Shown: positions 56,798 to 64,000 of the stretch, piece by piece
How the letters are laid out: each line of letters starts with the position of its first letter
Position numbering within the stretch: the stretch's first letter is position 1
Origin: Blastocatellia bacterium
GTDB lineage: Bacteria > Acidobacteriota > Blastocatellia > UBA7656
DNA length: 64,000 nucleotides
Assembly (NCBI GenBank): GCA_035649735.1
Contig: DASRIZ010000347.1
Span: forward strand, 1,321 to 65,320
Direction of reading: 5' to 3'
Notes under the pieces: model-generated
Databases searched by the model: none
What the model was told of the DNA's origin: nothing
What the model saw: the letters and a program-made list of their open reading frames with translations, nothing else
Translations under genes and position numbers: made by a program

Positions 56798-59278
56798 ATG
56801 AAGCGAGTCAGGTTGTTATCCGCCGGTAAGGCTGCCGCTCTTGCACTGTTTATCGCCATCGCGGTCGCGCTGGTGGTGTACCTCTTCTTTCGAACAAGGC
56901 ACGCCCAACCGGAACAGACCCGACCGAAGCTTCAAGGAAAAGTTGTCGCGGTCTTCACCAACACTCATTATTCCCACGAAGTCAGCGGCCAGGTGCGGTT
57001 CAACATCACGGCGGGAACCGACAGAACTTACGAGGATGGCACTCACGAGCTTGAGCAGGTCAAGCTTGAATCCTACGGCTCGGCCGGCGAACGGCACGAC
57101 GTCGTAACCTGCGATCGCGCGAAGGTGAGCGATCCCGCCGATCTCAGTAAACTCGATGCGGAATTCATCTCAAATGTCGTCGTGCAAACCTCGGACGGGC
57201 TAACTCTCAAAACCAGTTACTTGCACTATGATCAAACGAAAAACACCGTCGATACGAAGGAGCCTGTCGAGTTCGAAGGCCGCAATTATTCCGGGAAGGC
57301 CACAGGCATGGTCATCGAGGCCGCGACCGAGCGAGCGAGTCTGCTGAATGACGTCGACGTAACCATAAAACCTGAAAGCGAAGCTGACCGGGACAAGAGA
57401 GCTCGCGGCGCCACGGAAAGCGCCCAGCAGCGCGAAGAAACACCTGAGCAGAGAAATGCGCGGCGGGCTCGCAAACTAGCGCGCAAAGAAAAACGCAGAC
57501 GCGCCGCTGAACTGGCTCAGGTGGAACCAGAAGGCAGAAGGCAGAAGGCAGAAGGCAGAAGGCAACGGGCAGAGGTCAATGGTCAGAGGTCAGAAGTCAG
57601 AGGTCAGATGCAACCGGCGGTGAACAAGCCGACAAGAATAAGAAGCGAGTCTGCCCTACTCGAAAAAAAGGAGCATCGAGTGACCTTTGACGGCAACGCG
57701 GTCGTGACGCAGGGGGCTGATGAGTTCCGCGCGGCGCGAATGGTCAGCTTCGCGGACGCTTCCAATCATATCGAGCGCATCGAGGCGCGCGGCGGCGCCT
57801 ATCTGAAACAATCGGACAAAGCGGAGATCAAATCTCCCGATATGGATTTCTTCTTCGCCGAGTCACACCAACTCGCGCGGGCGGTAGCGATGGGAGGCGC
57901 CTCGACGCGTTCGCTGGGACCCGAACCGATCAGAGAAGCTAGAGCCGACACGATCGAAGCAACCTTTGTTCAAGGCCCGCAGGCAAATGTTGTCGACGCG
58001 ATCACCGCTCACGGAAGCGCCGCATTGAAGATTCACGCACCTCCTCCGGCTAGCAACTCCGATAACCCCACCGCGCGCGAGCTTGCCGCCGACACGGTGA
58101 CGATGCAGTTCTTTCCGGATGGAAAAAACATCAAGCACGCTGAAGCAGCCGGTAAAGCAGTTATGACTATTACGCCGGTTCGAGCCGAACAACGCGCCGA
58201 CAAAAAGACAATTCACGCTCCCAGAATGGACGCCCTGTTTTTTGAAGAAGCCAACCGAGTAAAGACGTTTAGCGCCACCGATGGCGTGAGGGTTGAAATC
58301 GAAGCGACGATTCCGGACGATCACCCGTCGCGAGTAACGACCAGCAAATCGGCGCGCGCGGAGTTTCTAAAGGACTCGCAGGATATTGACCGCCTGTCGC
58401 AGGAAGGCAACTTCAAGTACGTCGAGGGCGAGCAAAATGCTCTTGCAGAAAGCGCGGTTTACGACGGCCAGAAAGAGATTCTCAATCTAAGAGGCAAGCG
58501 TCCGATGGCATGGGATGCGAAATCGCGAACCCAAGCCGATGAGATCGATTACGACCGCCGCCATGATGAGAGCCATGCGAGAGGCGATGTTCGCACCACT
58601 TACTACAGCCGCGAAACAACCAACGATTCGACGCCGTTCAAAAACGCCAAATCGCCGGTGTTCATAACTGCCGAACGCGCCGATGCCCAGAACAAGGCCG
58701 GCATCGCGATCTATACGATCAATGCCCGCGGCTGGCAAGACGATAACTTTATCAAGGCTGACAGAATCGAGCTCTATCAGGATGACAAGCGCATGGTCGC
58801 AATCGGCAATGTGGAGAGCGCTCTCTATCAGGCAAAACAAGAGACATCGCCTGGAAAGCGGGAGGTCGTTCCGGGTTTTGCGACAGCCGACAGGATGAGC
58901 TACTCGGACACAGAGCGAAAGATCCGTTATGAAGGCGGCGTGAAGTCCCGGCAAGGCACCGACCGCCTCGAAGCATCATCCGTCGATGTGTTTCTGATGC
59001 AGGAAACAAACGAGGTCGATCACCTGAACGCCGACGGCAACGTCGTGCTTACGCAACCGGGACGCCGGGGCGTCGGTGACAAGCTTGCGTACACGTCCGA
59101 AGATGGCCGCGCAGTTTTGACTGGAAAATCTGCCCGTGTAGACGACGTCGAGAAAGGGGCGACCATGGGCTCTCAATTGACGTTCTATAGTCGCGATGAT
59201 AGGATTTCGGTCGAGAATCAGCAGGGTACGGGCCGTGTCCGATCGACTCATCGTTTGACAAAGAGCAGACAGAATTGA
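56798..59278 (+). CDS. Fused LptC-like / multi-module LptA(OstA)-like LPS-transport protein
   Basis: 826 aa. N-terminal TM anchor and an LptC-like beta-jellyroll (aa ~40-200). A K/R/E-rich linker encoded partly by a heptamer array. Then repeated OstA-type segments (VTFDGNAVVTQGADEF.A, VAIGNVES, LNADGNVVLTQPG..GVGDKLAY). It lies directly upstream of lptB. Confidence 0.7.
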   Translation: MKRVRLLSAGKAAALALFIAIAVALVVYLFFRTRHAQPEQTRPKLQGKVVAVFTNTHYSHEVSGQVRFNITAGTDRTYEDGTHELEQVKLESYGSAGERHDVVTCDRAKVSDPADLSKLDAEFISNVVVQTSDGLTLKTSYLHYDQTKNTVDTKEPVEFEGRNYSGKATGMVIEAATERASLLNDVDVTIKPESEADRDKRARGATESAQQREETPEQRNARRARKLARKEKRRRAAELAQVEPEGRRQKAEGRRQRAEVNGQRSEVRGQMQPAVNKPTRIRSESALLEKKEHRVTFDGNAVVTQGADEFRAARMVSFADASNHIERIEARGGAYLKQSDKAEIKSPDMDFFFAESHQLARAVAMGGASTRSLGPEPIREARADTIEATFVQGPQANVVDAITAHGSAALKIHAPPPASNSDNPTARELAADTVTMQFFPDGKNIKHAEAAGKAVMTITPVRAEQRADKKTIHAPRMDALFFEEANRVKTFSATDGVRVEIEATIPDDHPSRVTTSKSARAEFLKDSQDIDRLSQEGNFKYVEGEQNALAESAVYDGQKEILNLRGKRPMAWDAKSRTQADEIDYDRRHDESHARGDVRTTYYSRETTNDSTPFKNAKSPVFITAERADAQNKAGIAIYTINARGWQDDNFIKADRIELYQDDKRMVAIGNVESALYQAKQETSPGKREVVPGFATADRMSYSDTERKIRYEGGVKSRQGTDRLEASSVDVFLMQETNEVDHLNADGNVVLTQPGRRGVGDKLAYTSEDGRAVLTGKSARVDDVEKGATMGSQLTFYSRDDRISVENQQGTGRVRSTHRLTKSRQN
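57528..57611. repeat. 12-unit heptamer array (CAGAAGG x5, then CAACGGG/CAGAGGT-type units) in frame inside the lptC-lptA ORF
   Basis: 12 x 7 = 84 nt = 28 codons, encoding [27 protein letters not shown]. The unit is the same as in the intergenic GAAGGCA hairpins, but only one arm is present. Confidence 0.9.
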
Positions 59279-59287
59279 AGCTACAAG

Positions 59288-60085
59288 ATGGCAGAAGAAG
59301 TGTCCGTGATCGAAACCCCGACCGGTGAAGCCGAGCCGCAAGCACCACTCCCCTTACAAAAAACAAGCGTTCTTTCCGTAGAGGGCCTGCGGAAATCGTA
59401 TCGCAAGCGAACGGTCGTCGATAATGTATCGCTCGATATACATCAGGCGGAGATTCTTGGGCTTCTTGGTCCAAACGGGGCGGGCAAGACGACTGTTTTC
59501 TACATGATCGTGGGGCTCGAGCGGCCGGATGCCGGTAAGATCTATCTCGATTCAAAAGATATTTCGCGGCTGCCGATGTATCTGCGAGCGCGGGACGGGA
59601 TTAGTTATTTGCCGCAAGAAGCGTCCGTTTTTCGGAAGCTAACGGTCGAGGAGAACATCCTGTTAGTGCTTCAAACCCTGCCGCTCACAAAAGCCGAACG
59701 GGATCACCGTCTCGAGGTGCTGCTCAGCGAACTCGACATCGCTTATGTGCGTCATACTAAAGCCTATCAGCTCTCGGGTGGTGAGCGCCGAAGGACGGAG
59801 ATTGCGCGTTGTCTGGTGATTGAGCCTAGATTCATCCTGCTTGATGAGCCGTTCGCCGGAATTGATCCGATCGCGGTGATTGACATACAGCGGATCTTGC
59901 AAAAATTGCGCGAGCGTGGAATCGGTGTGTTGATAACAGATCACAATGTGCGCGAGACTCTGGCGATTACAGACAGAGCGTATATAATTAATGACGGCAA
60001 GATTTTCCGCGCGGGAACTCCCGATGAGCTAACTCGGGACGAAGACGTGAAGCGGGTATACTTAGGGGAGAATTTTAGAATGTAG
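59288..60085 (+). CDS. lptB: LPS export ABC transporter ATP-binding protein
   Basis: 265 aa. [24 protein letters not shown] and [12 protein letters not shown] are present. The position before rpoN is the canonical one. Confidence 0.93.
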   Translation: MAEEVSVIETPTGEAEPQAPLPLQKTSVLSVEGLRKSYRKRTVVDNVSLDIHQAEILGLLGPNGAGKTTVFYMIVGLERPDAGKIYLDSKDISRLPMYLRARDGISYLPQEASVFRKLTVEENILLVLQTLPLTKAERDHRLEVLLSELDIAYVRHTKAYQLSGGERRRTEIARCLVIEPRFILLDEPFAGIDPIAVIDIQRILQKLRERGIGVLITDHNVRETLAITDRAYIINDGKIFRAGTPDELTRDEDVKRVYLGENFRM

Positions 60086-60176
60086 TCATTTCTCATTGGT
60101 CATTAGTCATCGGTCATCAAAGGCAACTTTGGAAAACATTGACCAATGACAAATGACCAATGACAAATGACCAATA
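60085..60176. repeat. Heptamer-array hairpin (GTCATTK)n / (AATGACM)n between lptB and rpoN
   Basis: gtcattt ctcattg gtcatta gtcatcg gtcatca - aaggcaactttggaaaac - attgacc aatgaca aatgacc aatgaca aatgacc aat. It ends 4 nt before the rpoN ATG. Confidence 0.9.
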
Positions 60177-60180
60177 AGTT

Positions 60181-61755
60181 ATGTCGGTCAAGCCACATCT
60201 GAGCACAAGCCTTTCGCAGCGGCTGGTCCTAACGCCACAGATGCGTCAGAGGATCGAGCTTCTGGCGATGACCAAGCTCGAACTTGCGGACATGGTTCAG
60301 ACCGAGCTATCGGCTAATCCTGTGCTCGACGAAGTGGCGCCCGGCGAAGGCGTTGATGACAACTCACCGCTCGCTGACGAACTCGCGGCGGTCGACGCGA
60401 CCACAGCCGACATCACCAGCCCGGGTGAAACTACCCCCCAGCAGCAATCTACACAGGAAGCCGGACTGAGCGAGAATTTGTCATCTATCGAAGCGCCCAG
60501 CCTCATAACCAGCACGCCTGAATCCGGACCGGTTGACGGCGAGGCCGAGCCCGAACGCGAGCGAGATCCGTTTGAAGAAGTCGACTTCGGTTCGACGTTT
60601 GAAGAGTACCTCGATCCCGGGTACAAGACCCACGAATACGAAGCAAAGGACGATGTCTCGTTTGAGAATATGCTCACGCGGCGAGACTCGCTTTGTGAGC
60701 AGCTTATCTGGCAACTGCATCTGACCGAATGCTCGGATGACGTGAGAACGGCTGGCGAGGCAATCATCGGCAATCTCGACGAGAATACGGGCTTTTTGGA
60801 TGCAACCGCCGAAGAGATCGCCGCGATGGGTCCCTGGCCGGTCGAGACGGTCGAACAGGCGGCCGCACTGGTGCAGCGGTTGGATCCGGTTGGATGCGCT
60901 GCCCGCGACGTGCGCGAATCGCTGCTGGTTCAGCTCGACTACTTTGGTTTTGGGGACCGGCTTGCGGCACAAATGGTGCGCGATCACCTCGAGAGTCTGC
61001 AGACCCATAAACTGCCTGATCTGGCAAAGATACTTGGCGTCCCGCTCGAGCAAGTAATCGAGGAGATGGAGATTATCAAGAAGCTGGACCCAAAGCCGGG
61101 CCGCAAGTATTCGTCAGAGGAAGCCCAACCTGTGGTTCCTGAGGTGACGATCGAGAAAGTCGGCGATGACTATATGATCCGCTTCGAAGACGACGGTCTG
61201 CCGCATCTGCGCATCAACCGGACGTATAGACAGATGATGGAGTCCAAGGATTCATCGAAAGAGACACGAGACTACATCAAGGAGCGGTTCCGGTCGGCGG
61301 TCGATCTGTTGAAAAACATCGAGCACCGCCGGCAGACAATTTATCGAGTCTGTCATTCTATTGTAGACCGCCAGCGCGAGTTCCTTGATCACGGCATTGA
61401 ACACCTGAGGCCAATGATGCTGAAGGACATCGCCGAAGACATCGGCATGCACCTGAGCACCGTCTCGCGCGTGGTGAATCGCAAATACGTGAACACGCCG
61501 CAGGGAGTCTACGAATTACGCCGGTTCTTTACCGAGGGAATGAGAAGCGATACCGGCGAGGATGTTTCGACGCGCGTGCTCAAGCTGAAGATCAAGAAGA
61601 TGATCGAGGCAGAAGATCCCCACCACCCCATTACTGATGATGAAGTGGCCAAGCGTTTGGCCAGGGACGGCGTCAAAATGAGCCGTCGCACCGTCGCAAA
61701 GTATCGCGATCAAATGCGCATCCCGGGCTCTCGAGAGCGTCGTGCCATCGTCTAG
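60181..61755 (+). CDS. rpoN: RNA polymerase sigma-54 factor
   Basis: 524 aa. Gln/Leu-rich region I, an acidic region II, and a C-terminal HTH and RpoN box (SRRTVAKYR). Confidence 0.95.
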   Translation: MSVKPHLSTSLSQRLVLTPQMRQRIELLAMTKLELADMVQTELSANPVLDEVAPGEGVDDNSPLADELAAVDATTADITSPGETTPQQQSTQEAGLSENLSSIEAPSLITSTPESGPVDGEAEPERERDPFEEVDFGSTFEEYLDPGYKTHEYEAKDDVSFENMLTRRDSLCEQLIWQLHLTECSDDVRTAGEAIIGNLDENTGFLDATAEEIAAMGPWPVETVEQAAALVQRLDPVGCAARDVRESLLVQLDYFGFGDRLAAQMVRDHLESLQTHKLPDLAKILGVPLEQVIEEMEIIKKLDPKPGRKYSSEEAQPVVPEVTIEKVGDDYMIRFEDDGLPHLRINRTYRQMMESKDSSKETRDYIKERFRSAVDLLKNIEHRRQTIYRVCHSIVDRQREFLDHGIEHLRPMMLKDIAEDIGMHLSTVSRVVNRKYVNTPQGVYELRRFFTEGMRSDTGEDVSTRVLKLKIKKMIEAEDPHHPITDDEVAKRLARDGVKMSRRTVAKYRDQMRIPGSRERRAIV

Positions 61756-61850
61756 CTTGAATCTGTCCGATCGACGGTTCGGATTCTTAAATGACTCTCA
61801 AATCAACTTTCGCCTATCCCCCCGCAATCCAAGAAACGGAGAATAGATAG

Positions 61851-62384
61851 ATGGAATTCGAGTTCACCGGCCGCCACATTGACATAACCCCGGCAGTAGA
61901 GGAACTGGTCCGCAAGGAGCTTGGCAAGCTCGATCGAGTGCTGGATTCGGCGCCGATGAGGGCTCACGTGACGGTTTCCTCAGAGAAGCATCGGAAACGA
62001 ACAGAGATCGTCGTCTACTGGCGCGACAACGTGTTCACTGCGGTAGGCGAGAACGCCGATCTGACTCAATCGGTTGCGACAGCAGCGATCAAGGTTCAGA
62101 AGCAAGGTCTGCGGCTCAAAGAAAAGTTCCAGGCAAAGAAACGCGGCCGCCAACCAGCCGGGAAAGTTGCTCCGGTTCCAGGCGGCACCATCGAAGCGGC
62201 TCCGGGCGCACCCCGAATTATTCCTCAGCGCCGGTATCGGGTTAAGCCGATGACACCCGAGGAGGCCGCGATAATCCTGGCCGACTCGGATGATCAGTTC
62301 ATAGTGTTCCGAGACGCCGAGACCAATCGAGTAGGCGTGTTGTACAGCCGTACGGATGGAAACTTGGGCCTGATCGAACCGTGA
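61851..62384 (+). CDS. hpf: Ribosome hibernation-promoting factor, long form
   Basis: 177 aa. S30AE/RaiA N-domain (FTGRHIDITPAV) plus a C-terminal dimerisation domain (PMTPEEAAIIL...FIVFRDAETNRVGVLY). Confidence 0.9.
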   Translation: MEFEFTGRHIDITPAVEELVRKELGKLDRVLDSAPMRAHVTVSSEKHRKRTEIVVYWRDNVFTAVGENADLTQSVATAAIKVQKQGLRLKEKFQAKKRGRQPAGKVAPVPGGTIEAAPGAPRIIPQRRYRVKPMTPEEAAIILADSDDQFIVFRDAETNRVGVLYSRTDGNLGLIEP

Positions 62385-62487
62385 AAAGACGGAAGGCAGA
62401 AGGCAGAAGGCAGCCTTCACAATCCGACTGGCTTCTGCTTCCTGCCTTCTGCTCTCTGCCTTCTGCTTTCTGCCTTCTGCCTTCTGG
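62385..62487. repeat. Heptamer-array hairpin, (GAAGGCA)n / (TGCCTTC)n family, between hpf and rapZ
   Basis: aaagacggaaggcagaaggcagaaggcag - ccttcacaatccgactgg - cttctgcttcctgccttctgctctctgccttctgctttctgccttctgccttctgg. It starts at the base after the hpf stop. Confidence 0.9.
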
Positions 62488-62492
62488 TCTTT

Positions 62493-63371
62493 ATGCCTGT
62501 TCCGGTCATTATCATTACCGGTGTTTCGGGGTCGGGGATGTCCTCGGCGCTCAAGGACTTTGAAGACCTCGGCTATTTTGCGATTGACAACCTCCCGGCG
62601 CAACTGATCCCCACGTTCGTCAAGCTGTGCGATGATTCCAGTGAAATTGATCGGATCGCGTTTGTGGTCGATGTGCGTTCGCGCGAATTTCTAAGCTTGT
62701 TCCCGCGGATGCACGAGGAGCTGGAAGAGAGAGGCGTCGATGTCAGGGTGCTCTTTCTTGAGGCGGACGACGAAGTTCTGCTTCGCCGTTACAGCGAAAC
62801 AAGGCGGCCACACCCCTTGCCCGACCAAAACGTCCGTCAGGCTATCCGTCAGGAGCGGGAGCTGCTCTCCGAGATTCGTGATCTGGCTGACCACGTCATC
62901 GACACGTCAGAGCATACGGTACACTCGCTGCGCGACGTGATCAAAGATCACTTTGCCGAACAGGGCGATGCGCACGAGCTGAATGTGACGATATCGTCGT
63001 TCGGGTTTCGGCATGGAGCGCCGCGCGGTCTGGATATGATGTTCGATGTGAGGTTTCTTCCAAATCCGCACTTCGTGGCAGAACTCCGTCCGCTCACCGG
63101 CCGCGACTCGCCGGTAATCGAGTACTTGCAATCTGAAAGCGAGGTCGAGGATACTATCGCGCGATTTGCCGACTTGCTGGCATACCTGTTACCCAGGTTT
63201 CAGCGCGAAGGGAAAAGCTATCTGACGGTTGGGGTCGGGTGTACCGGCGGCCGCCACAGATCGGTCATGGTCGCCGAGTCGATAAACAAGCGTCTGAACG
63301 AACTCGGATACAAGTCGAGAGTGGTTCATCGGGACATCCTCAAGGATGAGGATCGATATAAATCAATATAG
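62493..63371 (+). CDS. rapZ: RNase adapter protein RapZ (P-loop NTPase)
   Basis: 292 aa. ITGVSGSGMSSA P-loop and C-terminal GCTGGRHRSV. Confidence 0.93.
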   Translation: MPVPVIIITGVSGSGMSSALKDFEDLGYFAIDNLPAQLIPTFVKLCDDSSEIDRIAFVVDVRSREFLSLFPRMHEELEERGVDVRVLFLEADDEVLLRRYSETRRPHPLPDQNVRQAIRQERELLSEIRDLADHVIDTSEHTVHSLRDVIKDHFAEQGDAHELNVTISSFGFRHGAPRGLDMMFDVRFLPNPHFVAELRPLTGRDSPVIEYLQSESEVEDTIARFADLLAYLLPRFQREGKSYLTVGVGCTGGRHRSVMVAESINKRLNELGYKSRVVHRDILKDEDRYKSI

Positions 63372-63398
63372 GGCCTATAGGTCCTATCGGTCCTAGAT
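63367..63398. repeat. ATAGGTCC-family element between rapZ and the EIIA gene
   Basis: atatagggcctataggtcctatcggtcctaga. It overlaps the rapZ stop codon. Confidence 0.7.
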
Positions 63399-63406
63399 TC
63401 TTTTTT

Positions 63407-63814
63407 ATGATCGGTGCGGTAATAGTAACCCACGGGCAGTTGGCGAATGAGCTGGTCTCGGCGGCAGAGATGATCGTCGGCGAGATAAACCACATCACCG
63501 CGGTGTCTATCGGGTGGCACGATGACGTCGACGTCGCACGCGAAGAGATCGAACGCGCAATTCAGCGAGTGGACACCGGGTCCGGCGTGCTGGTGCTCAC
63601 CGATATGTTCGGAGGAACACCGACCAATATCGCCGCCAGCTTCCTTGGAAGAGCCCCGGTTGAGGTGGTTACCGGCGTGAATCTGCCGATGGTCATAAAG
63701 CTGGCAACTCAGGAAGCCGACGAGACTCTGCCCGACCTCGCGCGCCGCGTTCGCGACCAGGGACAGCAACAGATTCACGTCGCGAGCGACATTCTCACGC
63801 CAAAGAAGAAGTGA
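63407..63814 (+). CDS. PTS EIIA component, mannose/fructose family
   Basis: 135 aa. MIGAVIVTHGQLANEL (active-site His) and LVLTDMFGGTPTN are present. Confidence 0.85.
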   Translation: MIGAVIVTHGQLANELVSAAEMIVGEINHITAVSIGWHDDVDVAREEIERAIQRVDTGSGVLVLTDMFGGTPTNIAASFLGRAPVEVVTGVNLPMVIKLATQEADETLPDLARRVRDQGQQQIHVASDILTPKKK

Positions 63815-63956
63815 TTGGATTGCCGATTTGCGATTTCCGATTTCACATTAAGTGACGATGTAACTCCGAGTGAAAGTGACCGCTGCCAGAAGATAAAGGC
63901 TGACGGATGAGCCCAAATGCGGAAATCGGCGATCGGAAATCGGAAATCGGAAATCT
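63815..63956. repeat. Heptamer-array hairpin (CGATTTS)n / (GAAATCG)n with a 73-nt central region
   Basis: Left arm gattgcc gatttgc gatttcc gatttca (63818-63845). Right arm gcggaaatcggcgatcggaaatcggaaatcggaaatc (63919-63955). Confidence 0.85.
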
Positions 63957-64000
63957 CCTTTCGGTCTCCAACCTACGTATTAACTTTCATACCGACGATG

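Overview
This is a 64-kb chromosomal window, moderately GC-rich by eye, with no rRNA, CRISPR array, transposase, integrase or phage gene. All function calls come from motifs I could read in the supplied translations; no database search was possible. The gene content looks like an Acidobacteriota-like Gram-negative organism: many secreted S9/S41 peptidases, TPR, HEAT and NHL proteins, and an lpt-rpoN-hpf-rapZ block. That taxon is inference only.

I call about 55 CDS, mostly housekeeping:
- an SSF transporter fragment, an SDR, and a MacB/FtsX-type ABC transporter with a DUF2318-like Cys-rich protein
- cobB, a two-domain cyclophilin, and a RelE/ParE toxin-antitoxin pair
- three S9 peptidases, an S41 peptidase and an esterase
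- trxC and a VanX-type dipeptidase that overlaps its stop by 4 bp
- a DinB-fold protein and a cytochrome c-fused PHM/DBH-like monooxygenase
- a JAMM protease next to a MoaD-MoaE fusion
- gyrA, an HD hydrolase, plsC, thrB and an IMPase
- an orphan gamma-class N6-adenine methyltransferase
- deoB, rpsU, an aldo/keto reductase and infA
- a same-strand proteostasis block: J-protein, clpB, [small acidic ORF + eRF1/Pelota-like protein], clpP, hsp20, lon
- a PDZ-radical-SAM protein, rnr, tRNA-Leu(CAG) and an orphan histidine kinase
- a fused lptC-lptA ORF followed by lptB, rpoN, hpf, rapZ and a mannose-type PTS EIIA

Two things stand out:
1. An eRF1/Pelota/Vms1-like protein sits between clpB and clpP. 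It is a candidate ribosome-rescue or quality-control module and is bracketed by direct copies of a small repeat.
2. Nearly every longer intergenic spacer holds short-period tandem arrays, mostly 7 bp. At least five unrelated unit sequences occur, and most arrays are arranged as inverted arms that can form long hairpins. One is nested, two are copies of a three-tier ~215-bp element, and one 12-unit array lies in frame inside the lptC-lptA ORF.

Smaller oddities:
- a 56-bp tandem repeat with a palindromic core upstream of cobB
- an insert bounded by terminal inverted repeats (TIRs) in the ABC operon, AT-richer than its flanks by eye
- a ~200-bp REP-pair-like inverted repeat
- a probable AUU start for infA
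- a frameshifted gene remnant beside the toxin-antitoxin pair
- an orphan intrinsic terminator in a 415-bp ORF-free spacer
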